Notes under the pieces: model-generated | Told to the model about the DNA's origin: nothing | Databases searched by the model: none | Seen by the model: only the letters and a program-made list of their open reading frames with translations | Program-made: the position numbers and the translations under genes | Part shown: positions 21,436-30,101 of the stretch, one piece after another | Layout of the letters: every line of letters starts with the position of its first letter | Numbering within the stretch: position 1 is the first letter of the stretch | Origin: Candidatus Moraniibacteriota bacterium | GTDB lineage: Bacteria; Patescibacteriota; Minisyncoccia; Moranbacterales; UBA1568 | Direction of reading: 5' to 3' | Length of the DNA: 56,280 nucleotides | NCBI GenBank assembly: GCA_013334575.1 | Contig: JAAXXG010000007.1 | Span: 1 to 56,280, forward strand

Positions 21436-22158
21436 TCAGGCCATGAGTCCGAAAAAGAAACCGAGCGCCAGGTCGAGAACCGCCGAGACCGGAGCCGGGA
21501 AGAGGAACAGGACCGCGATAAGAATCATGAGTCCGTACCGCTCGAACCAGAGGATCGTCTCCTCCCGAAAGGAGAACACGGCATACATGACCTTGGACCC
21601 GTCCAGAGGCGGGATCGGTAACAGATTGAAGAACGCGAGCAGCACGTTCCAGAAGACGATAAAGAAACAGATACCGAAGACCACGTTCGGGACCGATCCG
21701 GAAAGCGCATCGGAAAACGCGCCCCATCGAGACAAGAAATCGCCCTGTCCCGACAACGCGACGGCGAACCGCGCGAAGATCTCGTGACGGACCGCCGTCG
21801 TGACCGGGAGGATGCGGGCGAGAACGACCGCCACGGTCGCCAGCACGATGTTCGAAAGCGGTCCGGCGAGCGAGACGAACGCCGGCCCCCACTTCTGGTT
21901 CCTGAGATTGTACGGATTGTACGGAACCGGCTTCGCCCAGCCGAACGACATGCCGGTAAGCAGGAAGAGCGTGATCGGCACGACGACGGAACCCATCGGG
22001 TCGATGTGTTTGAGCGGATTGAGATTGAGCCGACCGGCATACTTGGCGGTCAGGTCACCAAGCCACAGCGCCATCCATCCGTGCGACACCTCGTGGATGA
22101 TGATGGAATAGACAAGCGTCAGGAAATAGAATCCGACAAGAATAAGTTCGTTCGTCAT
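21436..22158 (-). CDS. Site-2 protease (M50) family protein
   Basis: HEVSH, GWAKPVP, AGPLSN, FNLLPIPPLDG. Confidence 0.92.
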   Translation of the reverse strand: MTNELILVGFYFLTLVYSIIIHEVSHGWMALWLGDLTAKYAGRLNLNPLKHIDPMGSVVVPITLFLLTGMSFGWAKPVPYNPYNLRNQKWGPAFVSLAGPLSNIVLATVAVVLARILPVTTAVRHEIFARFAVALSGQGDFLSRWGAFSDALSGSVPNVVFGICFFIVFWNVLLAFFNLLPIPPLDGSKVMYAVFSFREETILWFERYGLMILIAVLFLFPAPVSAVLDLALGFFFGLMA

Positions 22159-22265
22159 ATATGTTCGGATAGGTGGGGTCCGGAAAGGCTCGGAAACGGG
22201 ATTCGCCCTTGCCATACCCGGATCTTTATGATAGCCTGCTCCCTGTAATATCTCAAGACCCGACT

Positions 22266-22445
22266 ATGAGCCGTGTGTGCCAGGTGACCGGCCGTGGAAC
22301 CCGTTCCGGAAATTCCCGCAGCCATTCAAACATCGCGACTAAGCGTACGTTCGCCGTGAACCTCCAGTCCAAGGTGATCGACGGAAAGCGCGTCCGTCTT
22401 TCCGCCAAGGCGATAAAGACTCTCGCCAAGCAGGCGGCGAAGTAA
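22266..22445 (+). CDS. rpmB: 50S ribosomal protein bL28
   Basis: [28 protein letters not shown]. Confidence 0.95.
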   Translation: MSRVCQVTGRGTRSGNSRSHSNIATKRTFAVNLQSKVIDGKRVRLSAKAIKTLAKQAAK

Positions 22446-22461
22446 CCCGCCAGCGAGACCG

Positions 22462-22492
22462 GAACGGCTCCTCCAGGAGCCGTTTTCGTTTT
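22462..22492 (+). terminator. Intrinsic terminator after rpmB
   Basis: GAACGGCTCCT-CC-AGGAGCCGTTT then T-rich tail. Confidence 0.7.
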
Positions 22493-22570
22493 CCCACGAT
22501 TGACAAGCGCTCGGAAACGGTCATATCGTGATCATGTGATCGGACGTTTCATTAACAAGACCCCATCATC

Positions 22571-22852
22571 ATGCCCCTTCTTCAGGCCAACCCTCCGCAG
22601 AAACATGACCCGGACGCACCCCGAGGCGAGTACCGCCCGAAAGAGAAACCGAGCCGCACTTCGGCCCCGGCCCCCGGAAACATGAATGAAAAGAAGAAGA
22701 AAAAGCCCGACTGGCGACAGCTCGGAACCGTCTCGGCCCGAACCGAAAACCGGACAAAGGCCCGAAAGAAGAAACGCGGAAAATCGAACGGAGAAAAGTC
22801 TCCGCGATCCGTTCCGCCTTCAGATCTCGGTCGGATCTTCATGAAAAGCTGA
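22571..22852 (+). CDS. Small basic hypothetical protein
   Basis: 93 aa Lys/Arg-rich ORF between TTGACA (22500) and a terminator (22873-22910). Confidence 0.4.
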   Translation: MPLLQANPPQKHDPDAPRGEYRPKEKPSRTSAPAPGNMNEKKKKKPDWRQLGTVSARTENRTKARKKKRGKSNGEKSPRSVPPSDLGRIFMKS

Positions 22853-22972
22853 AGATTCCGGATTATCATCGGAAGCCTCCCCGTCACCGCGGGCCGAGGC
22901 TTCTTTTTTTATGAAAAAACTCCGGAACCGTTCACGGCTCCGGAGAGACCGAACGACCATAACAGGGGTCGT

Positions 22973-23947
22973 TCATTTTTTCCTGAGATAACGCGCATAC
23001 GGACCGCGCGCTTCCTCTGTCGGAGCGAGATCCGCGATAGCGTGCATCACCGCATCGATCCCCTGTTCGTTCGGCATACCGTACAGTTTCGAGCCGGACA
23101 GAGGCGATCCGAACCGCATGGCCACCGAACCTGGTCGGATCATCCGAAGGAAGTCATAAAATCCGTCCTGCCCTGCCAACTGCTCCGGTGACGGCGGCAC
23201 GATACCTCTCGGACCGTCGAGACCGTCGAGATATGCCGGCAGAACGATCGTCCGTTCGCCCTTGTCGCCGAAACTTTTCAGCAGGTCCATGAACTCCGGC
23301 CGTCCATGCATAAGCTGGCCGAGATTGCTCCATGTGCCAGACGGATACGAGAACCAGAGACTCCGACGACCCTGATTCCTCATGCAATTCAGCATAGCCG
23401 TATTCCGCCGGCGCATGTCTGAAAATGCTTCCGTTCCGACAGCCGATTGGACATATTTCTCCCCAAACATCGTCAAGAGATCGACGCAGCGGGAAAACAT
23501 CCTGAGAAACTTCGAATCCCATATGCGCTTTCCGGCGATCCACGTCCTGTTAAGATCGAGATACGCCTTCCCGAAGAATATTCCGAGAACGTGATCCACG
23601 GCCGGCGCGTCTATGCCACCGGTATGGTTCGAAACGATGACGACGTTTCCACCGGTCCGATGGAATTCGATCGCCTTACGGAAATACTCCCCGTTTTCAA
23701 CCGAACAGGAACGGATGAGTCGCCACATGAAATACGACACCAGAGCCTTCGACGTTTCGGCTGTCGGCATGAATACCTGTGGGGTCTCGCCATCCCTCGT
23801 AAAACGTTCCTCGAAATCACTGGCAAGTTTGAACAAGCGCTTCAGCTCCTCGGCATCGGAACATGAAAGGCTAAGCCGCGCCATGATTCCCTTCATCTGT
23901 TCCGCGATATAGCCGTCATACCCGTTATTCGGATCGAATTCCGCCAT
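22973..23947 (-). CDS. Glycerol-3-phosphate acyltransferase-like protein (plastid ATS1/chlamydial-type)
   Basis: HX4D motif in NVVIVSNHTGGID, WIAGKRI, YPSG; SD GAGGGGG; own terminator 22914-22944. Confidence 0.75.
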   Translation of the reverse strand: MAEFDPNNGYDGYIAEQMKGIMARLSLSCSDAEELKRLFKLASDFEERFTRDGETPQVFMPTAETSKALVSYFMWRLIRSCSVENGEYFRKAIEFHRTGGNVVIVSNHTGGIDAPAVDHVLGIFFGKAYLDLNRTWIAGKRIWDSKFLRMFSRCVDLLTMFGEKYVQSAVGTEAFSDMRRRNTAMLNCMRNQGRRSLWFSYPSGTWSNLGQLMHGRPEFMDLLKSFGDKGERTIVLPAYLDGLDGPRGIVPPSPEQLAGQDGFYDFLRMIRPGSVAMRFGSPLSGSKLYGMPNEQGIDAVMHAIADLAPTEEARGPYARYLRKK

Positions 23948-24111
23948 GACCACCCCCTCTTCTGGTTGATTTATTAACGAAACCGTTTCTCCCTGTGTAG
24001 CGTTTATGAGCCATCCCGTCAACAACGGGACCGACGAGAACAGCCTCATTCCGCCTTTCGGAATATCCCGGGTCGGCATATACTGACAGCATCAACCATA
24101 AAGAAGATGCT

Positions 24112-24474
24112 ATGAAATTCGATTTTGAAAGAATATATGGCGAAAACGGACAAGAAAAAGATCCGCTGAAGCGAAGCGTCCATGATGCCGTACTGGACGA
24201 AACCCGTCGGAACGAGAAAGCTCGCGAGGAGGGTCGGCGTCTCGGCGAAGAGGCAGCTCCAGGAATCGCGAAGTCGATACTTGAGTCCGTATCATCCCTT
24301 TCTCCGGAAACAAGGAAGGCCTACGAAGACCTCACCGCAAACGGCGCACAGCGAGATCGGGTCGAAACGTTTATCGACCGGACACCGACGCATGAACTGC
24401 TCAAAAAGATCGAGGCCGGAGAGATTCCTCTCCCGAAAAATATCGCGCGCGGCTCGGGTCAGAAACACGATTGA
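24112..24474 (+). CDS. Hypothetical protein
   Basis: 120 aa ORF with protein-like composition and downstream hairpin. Confidence 0.55.
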   Translation: MKFDFERIYGENGQEKDPLKRSVHDAVLDETRRNEKAREEGRRLGEEAAPGIAKSILESVSSLSPETRKAYEDLTANGAQRDRVETFIDRTPTHELLKKIEAGEIPLPKNIARGSGQKHD

Positions 24475-24605
24475 ATACGGACGCCAGACTCCGAACCGCA
24501 GCCAATACGTGCGGTAATAGTTTATGAAAAGAAGAAAGAGGCGTGCCGTTCGGCTCGCCTCCTCTTTCACTACATTTTTCCCTGGTATCCTTCAGCTCTC
24601 CATTA

Positions 24606-24992
24606 TCACGGAGTCCGAAGTGCCTGCTCCGCGAGTCGTGCACTGACCACGGAATCAGAATTCGTGACCGGAAATAATGCGCGGCACGAATCCGTGACGA
24701 GCCCAGGGTAATCCGCGTAAAGCGACAGCAGCGCCTTACAGAACCGATCGGGCGGGGCCTCAATAGAACGCGATTTGAAAGATGGGGGAAATTCGATCCG
24801 GACCACGTCGATTGCCGACTCAATACCGGCCGGGAAGCGACATGACCCGTCAAGCGAAACATATACCCCCGTTTTATCCCGCCCACCTACCACAAGTCTG
24901 ATCGGGCTATTCGGCAATACGACCATCACGGTCACAGCCGACGGCCCGAGCTGTGAATAGCACTCTTTACGAAGATAACCTTTTATTTTCAT
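24606..24992 (-). CDS. Hypothetical protein
   Basis: 128 aa ORF, SD AAAGGAG. Confidence 0.55.
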   Translation of the reverse strand: MKIKGYLRKECYSQLGPSAVTVMVVLPNSPIRLVVGGRDKTGVYVSLDGSCRFPAGIESAIDVVRIEFPPSFKSRSIEAPPDRFCKALLSLYADYPGLVTDSCRALFPVTNSDSVVSARLAEQALRTP

Positions 24993-25084
24993 AGACGCTC
25001 CTTTTCGTCTATAGGGTTGAAAAAATGAAAGAACAGAACCGCCACCATAGCGGTTCTTTATTCTAACACGGATTTAGAAAGGAG

Positions 25085-25633
25085 TCAATCCTCTCGAAAA
25101 ACGCCTTTCGCAAGCCTCAGGATAGGATAGGCAACGACCGCGCCAGCAAGCGCCGTCGCGAGCTGAAGCCATCCGAACATGGTCGGGACCTTCGCGGCGA
25201 TCGGCAGGCCGCGGAACAGCGTCACCGAGAACGAGAGCCCGACAGCAAGCAGCAGAGCCGACTTGGCAATCGCCGAAAGCGCGGCTACGGCGGGGAATGA
25301 CCAGTTTCTCCGGAAACCGAGATCGGCAAGGAAGACAAGAAGAAGGTTGCCCGCCATGATGAACGGGACCATGGACGCGAATACGATCGGCAACTGCCCC
25401 GTCGAGATCGCTACCAGGCTTGGAACGGTCGCGAGAAGGTACGATTCCTTCCGCATCCCGAAGAATGCGGCCGACAGGAAAAGTGCCGCGTTCACGAACG
25501 AACCGGTAACCGGCTGCGAGAACACCAAGGGCGACGTAAGCGCGAGCGCCAGGAGAAACGCGAACCGGAACAGGTCGGTCGTCCCCGCCCGGTCGAACGA
25601 TATCGCTTCCACCTCCGAAGATTCCCTAATCAT
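25085..25633 (-). CDS. ECF-transporter S-component-like membrane protein
   Basis: About 6 TM segments; Q.VTG..VNA.L, PFI..GN..LV, QL.TAL.G; overlaps hydrogenase stop by 8 nt. Confidence 0.7.
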   Translation of the reverse strand: MIRESSEVEAISFDRAGTTDLFRFAFLLALALTSPLVFSQPVTGSFVNAALFLSAAFFGMRKESYLLATVPSLVAISTGQLPIVFASMVPFIMAGNLLLVFLADLGFRRNWSFPAVAALSAIAKSALLLAVGLSFSVTLFRGLPIAAKVPTMFGWLQLATALAGAVVAYPILRLAKGVFRED

Positions 25634-27335
25634 ATTGTTTCGAATCGGTTAACGGTTTCACCTCCGTCCGATCGCGCTTCGCGTACCGGGTATGGAGCAC
25701 CTTCTTCCGGGTCGCCTCGTCCCGGAAAAACTCGCTGTAGACGCGATGCACCGCGGCATTGCGATGCGCCACGCGGAGCGTCTTCGAACGGTCGATCGAA
25801 TACAGCCCCTCGGACCGCTTCCGAACCGCGTCACGGGTCGTCGGGATCGGCTGCCCTCCGCCGCCGATGCAGCCACCCGGACAGGCCATCACCTCGACCG
25901 CATCATACTTTCCGGGATTCTCGCGCAATTCGCCAAGCACCACGTCCGCATTCCGGACGCCGCTCACCACGCAGATACGGACCGCCCGGTCCCCGATCGC
26001 GATTTCCATCTCTTTGCGACCGTCGATACCGCGAACCGCCTTCATCGCCCCGTCGGGAAGCTCCTCCTTCGTGAGAAGGTAGTATGCCGTTCGGAACGCC
26101 GACTCGAACACGCCGCCCGAAGAACCGTAGATGACACCAGCCCCCGACGGCGATCCGAAGGGATCGTCGGCTTCCTCCGGCGGGAGTGCGGAAAGATCGA
26201 TGCCGCGTTTCTTGAGAAGCCGGGCGAGTTCCCGGGTCGTGAGCACCCGGTCGACCGGAAGCCGGCCATCGATACGCATCTCCTCCCGCGCGGCCTCCCC
26301 CTTCTTCGCGACGCACGGCATGATGGAGACCATCTCGATATCTCCGGGATCGACACCCGCCACTTTGCTCCAGTATTCCTTCACGATGCCGCCAAGCATG
26401 ATCTGCGGCGACCGGGAACTGCAAAGGTTCGGAACGAACTCCGGATGGAAAAACTCGACGAACCGGACCCAGGCCGGACAACACGAGGTCATCGCGGGAA
26501 GCGGTCCGCCCGAAAGGACCCGTTCCGCAACCTCCGCCGCCTCCTCCATCGTGGTAAAGTCGGCGCCGGCCGCGGTGTCGAAGACGTACGCGAACCCGAG
26601 TTTCCGGAGCGCGGCGACGAGCTGTCCCGTCGTGACGGTTCCCGGCTCCATGCCGAACTCTTCGCCGATACTCGTCCGGATCGACGGAGCGAACTGCGCG
26701 ACCATGACCTTTTTTCCTTCCGAAAAGACCCTCTCGAGTTCCTCGAACTCGCCCGCCCCCTCGATCGCACCCACCGGACAGTGTAGGATGCACTGTCCGC
26801 AGTTTATGCAATCGACCTCCGGATCGTTCGAAAGCGTCACCTTCCCGGTCGCAGGATCGACCGACAGGTATCCGGTCGGACAGACACGAACGCAGTTCCC
26901 GCAGCCGATACACTTGGTCTGGTCGAACACGACGACGCCGGCACGCGACACTACCTCTTCAGCCGTCCGCTTGGCACCGGGCTTCGCGCCGAATTCCCGA
27001 ACGAGCTCCAAAAGCCGGCACTTCTGTAGGAACACGCAGTCGTCGCACTCGAGCACATGTCTTCCAAGCAGCTTCTCGAGGTTCCGCTTCCGTTCGGCAG
27101 TCAACGACTCGGAGATCGTCGAGATCTCCATCCCCTCCTCGCAGGGCGTCGCGCACGCGCGTACGGACCCCTCACGTCCCGCGACCGAGACGACACACAT
27201 CCCGCAGGTTCCCGAGGATGGCAGATCCGGATGATTGCACAGGGTCGGAATCGCGATTCCTGCTTCCCGCGCCGCCTCGAGAATCGACACCCCTTCCTTG
27301 GCATCGACAACGCTCCCATCGATCGTAATTCTCAT
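25626..27335 (-). CDS. hydA: [FeFe]-hydrogenase, group A, with 2Fe-2S, His-ligated 4Fe-4S and 2x4Fe-4S domains
   Basis: H-cluster motifs TSCCPAW, MPCVAKKGE, EVMACPGGCIGGGGQP; IPTLC..CGMC..C; HVLECDDC..C; CIGCGNCVRVCP and CINCGQCILHCP. Confidence 0.95.
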   Translation of the reverse strand: MRITIDGSVVDAKEGVSILEAAREAGIAIPTLCNHPDLPSSGTCGMCVVSVAGREGSVRACATPCEEGMEISTISESLTAERKRNLEKLLGRHVLECDDCVFLQKCRLLELVREFGAKPGAKRTAEEVVSRAGVVVFDQTKCIGCGNCVRVCPTGYLSVDPATGKVTLSNDPEVDCINCGQCILHCPVGAIEGAGEFEELERVFSEGKKVMVAQFAPSIRTSIGEEFGMEPGTVTTGQLVAALRKLGFAYVFDTAAGADFTTMEEAAEVAERVLSGGPLPAMTSCCPAWVRFVEFFHPEFVPNLCSSRSPQIMLGGIVKEYWSKVAGVDPGDIEMVSIMPCVAKKGEAAREEMRIDGRLPVDRVLTTRELARLLKKRGIDLSALPPEEADDPFGSPSGAGVIYGSSGGVFESAFRTAYYLLTKEELPDGAMKAVRGIDGRKEMEIAIGDRAVRICVVSGVRNADVVLGELRENPGKYDAVEVMACPGGCIGGGGQPIPTTRDAVRKRSEGLYSIDRSKTLRVAHRNAAVHRVYSEFFRDEATRKKVLHTRYAKRDRTEVKPLTDSKQYD

Positions 27336-27432
27336 ATCGGATCGGCTCCGGATTCGCTTCCATTATACCGTGGAAACGGGAGAGTTCAAAGAAAAAATGA
27401 GGTCGCCCTATCGATGTATGGCGACCTCACGG

Positions 27433-28164
27433 TCATTCGTCCAGGTAGATGACTTTCGGTCGGTCCCGAAGCGTCAGGAATATCGGTTTCGTCGGTCGGC
27501 TTCCGATTTCGGACAGCAGTGCCCCCATATCGTACCCGTTCTGAAACAAGACGACCTCCTCCATCGCGATCATATCCGATTTCCGCATGCGGACGCAGCC
27601 GTTCGTCTGACGGTTCGGCGCCGCCTCGCTGATTTCCGCCTCATGCTCGGGAGTCGTCGCATGAAGACCGAGTTCACCGTTCCCTCCGATGAGGAAATAG
27701 AGCTTGAACCCGCCAAGTGGATTTCCCTTCGCGCCCGGAGCACTCGGCCTTGGCGGCCGTTTTCCGCTCCGTATCGCCCGCCGGATCATACCGCTCGTCG
27801 GAGTCCACGACGGATTGAGCGCCGCCTTCGTCACCTCTCCAACCCTCGAATACGGAAGCGCCCTCGAAAGCGTTCCCTTCATGGCGGTCGCGACCACATA
27901 TTCCCGGGAAACCCGTTTGCCCGATTCGTCACGACCGATGACAAGAAGGCGCGAAGACCTGACCCGTACCTTGAAACTGTCGATTCTGGCGAACCGGACG
28001 ATTTCGGATGCGATGTCGCTCCCGTTTCGCGCTGGGAGCGTCGAAACCGGAACCCGCCTTTAACGGTCGCCTTCATCGGTCCGATTTGTCGCATCCCGAG
28101 CGGTCCCGCAAGCGGAAAGAAGGGCAAGCGAAATACAGATGGCCATTCGATGCGTTCCGTTCAT
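27433..28164 (-). pseudogene. L,D-transpeptidase (YkuD) lipoprotein gene interrupted by in-frame TAA at codon 35
   Basis: SD GGGAGGA, ATG 28164, lipobox LSAC, TAA at 28060-28062; same frame continues to NPSWTP, NPLG, GLHAT, TNGCVRM. Confidence 0.75.
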
Positions 28165-28265
28165 GGGTATTCCTCCCGTATATGGTTAATAGTTCTACAA
28201 GCTTCCGGTTGACAAAGATCGAAGAGCCAGCATAAGACAGGATGGACAGGTCGTCAACTTTGAAT

Positions 28266-28304
28266 GAAAAGGAAAGGGGCCCGATTAAAATCGGTCCCCT
28301 TTCC
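28266..28304 (-). terminator. Intrinsic terminator downstream of tRNA-Pro
   Basis: GGAAAGGGGACCGAT-TTTA-ATCGGGCCCCTTTCC-TTTT. Confidence 0.75.
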
Positions 28305-28414
28305 GGATACCTGGCTGTCGGGCACCGTCCGACATATGCCCGCACCGATCACGCAGTTTGTCCCGGAACCACCGGGCGCACTCTCACCGGTACTGCCGCT
28401 ACGTTTTTTCCTTG

Positions 28415-28485
28415 TCGGGCCGTCGGGAATCGAACCCGAACTACATGCACCCCATGCATGCGTACTACCACTATACTACGGCCCG
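28415..28485 (-). tRNA. tRNA-Pro (GGG), CCA not encoded
   Basis: Acceptor CGGGCCG/CGGCCCG, anticodon arm CATGC-ATGGGGT-GCATG, T arm TCGGG-TTCGATT-CCCGA, followed by ACAA. Confidence 0.95.
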
Positions 28486-28551
28486 AAGTCCCGCAATGCG
28501 GGACGGAGCCCGGCGAATGCCGGGCGGTAATTCCCGAACTGAATCCTCCGA

Positions 28552-29166
28552 CTATTCCAAGATCCCGTCAAGGTTCACGTCGTAGAGGATCGCCTCCTGG
28601 AGATGACGATAGGAAAGCAGTTCTTCCTTCCGAAACCAGATCGGAATCTCCTTTTCCGCTTCCTCGGTATTTCCGGACGCATGGATAAGGTTGCGGATCG
28701 AGCGGCTGTCCACGTCCGATATCTGATACGAGTCCACCGTGAAATCGCCTCGGATCGTACCGACGTCGCTCGACATCGGCTCGGTCGAGCCGGTGATCTT
28801 CCGGATGACGCCGACCGCCCCGTTCCCCTCCCACACCATGGCCACGACCGGCCCGGCGGACAGATAGGTCGCATTCGCCTTCAAGATCGCCAGACCGTTC
28901 TCGCGGTACGTGGCGAACGGCGACTTCTGACCTTTCTTCGCATACGCCGCAGCCGCTTTCTCACCGACGGCCTCAAGCCACTCCTCGCCGCCGACCATAT
29001 AGTGTTCGGTCGCCATCTCGGGCGTCGGGACGAGCATCTTCATCGCGACAAGCTTGAGTCCCGTCCGCTCATACCGGCGGACGATCTCGCCGATAAGCGA
29101 CCGCTGCACGCCGTCGGGCTTTATGACGACGAGCGTCCGTTCCTTCTTGGGATGCGCCTGCTCCAT
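28552..29166 (-). CDS. ndk: Nucleoside diphosphate kinase (long form)
   Basis: ERTLVVIKPDGVQR, GTIRGDF, NLIHAS. Confidence 0.95.
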   Translation of the reverse strand: MEQAHPKKERTLVVIKPDGVQRSLIGEIVRRYERTGLKLVAMKMLVPTPEMATEHYMVGGEEWLEAVGEKAAAAYAKKGQKSPFATYRENGLAILKANATYLSAGPVVAMVWEGNGAVGVIRKITGSTEPMSSDVGTIRGDFTVDSYQISDVDSRSIRNLIHASGNTEEAEKEIPIWFRKEELLSYRHLQEAILYDVNLDGILE

Positions 29167-29240
29167 ATCGGTTCCGTTTACCGGTTATGTCGTTCTTCCT
29201 ATTGGTAGCACGGGAAAGGGAAAGAATCAACCAACCGCCA

Positions 29241-30101
29241 CTACCGCATCGAGCCGGAAAAGACGCACCCGTTAAAAACGGTATCACACCGGTAGACGAT
29301 GTCGCCCTCACGGTCCGTCCGGCGGACGACCGCACCCATCGAAGCAAGTCTTGCGAGCACGTCCGCATCGGGATGTCCGTAGGAATTCTTTCCGACCGAC
29401 ACGACGGCCTCCTTCGGCCGGACAAGATCGAGAAACGCCTGACTCGAGGAATGCTTGGATCCGTGATGGGAGACCTTGAGGACTTCCGCTTCACCGACTC
29501 CCGACAGGTACTTTTCTTCCTCCGGCAGGTCCCCGGTCAACAGGAAATCCGTGTCGCCGAAGGTGAACCGCGAGACGACGCTCCCCTCGTTCGAACCCCC
29601 GGAACCCTCTACGCTTCCCGGCGGATACGCCACCGAAAGCGTACCACCTTCGGGAAGTCCGACGGATAATCCGGTCCGCGCCGGAACACGGATCGGCGGA
29701 CGAGACCCTTCCGCAAGCCGATCCTGCAGAAGCGCAAAGATATCCGAGGACGATCGAGCGTCCGTCGCCGCGAAGACCCCGACGCGATAATTCCTCAGCA
29801 GATCCGGAAGACCGCCGATGTGATCGGCATCCGGATGCGTCATGACGACCGTCTCGATCGTCCGGTCCCAGAACGGGACGTAACGCGACAACCGAGAAAG
29901 AAGCAATGTCCCACTCCGCCCGCCATCGATAAGGATCTGATCCGAACCATGAGAGACAAGGATCGCATCACCCTGTCCCACGTCGAGGAAAACGACTCGA
30001 GTCATCCGGGCATTCCGCCAGGCCCACACGGCGAACACGCCGAGTGCGACGGCAAGGAATACGAGTGCGAGGAGAAGCAGTCTCAGAAGATGACGTTTCA
30101 T
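29241..30101 (-). CDS. ComEC-type metallo-beta-lactamase-fold protein
   Basis: FLDVGQGDA, THPDADHIGG, LLTGD, KVSHHGS, NSYGHP. Confidence 0.92.
   Translation of the reverse strand: MKRHLLRLLLLALVFLAVALGVFAVWAWRNARMTRVVFLDVGQGDAILVSHGSDQILIDGGRSGTLLLSRLSRYVPFWDRTIETVVMTHPDADHIGGLPDLLRNYRVGVFAATDARSSSDIFALLQDRLAEGSRPPIRVPARTGLSVGLPEGGTLSVAYPPGSVEGSGGSNEGSVVSRFTFGDTDFLLTGDLPEEEKYLSGVGEAEVLKVSHHGSKHSSSQAFLDLVRPKEAVVSVGKNSYGHPDADVLARLASMGAVVRRTDREGDIVYRCDTVFNGCVFSGSMR

Noticed and set aside
28060..28062. Stop-codon reassignment (alternative genetic code)
   Set aside because: TAA, TAG and TGA all terminate conserved genes in this window; this is a single isolated case.
28290..28405. SRP RNA or HDV-like theta ribozyme after tRNA-Pro
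   Set aside because: Lacks the SRP AGCAG internal-loop strand, and I could not fit the HDV nested double pseudoknot by eye; kept only as an unknown structure.
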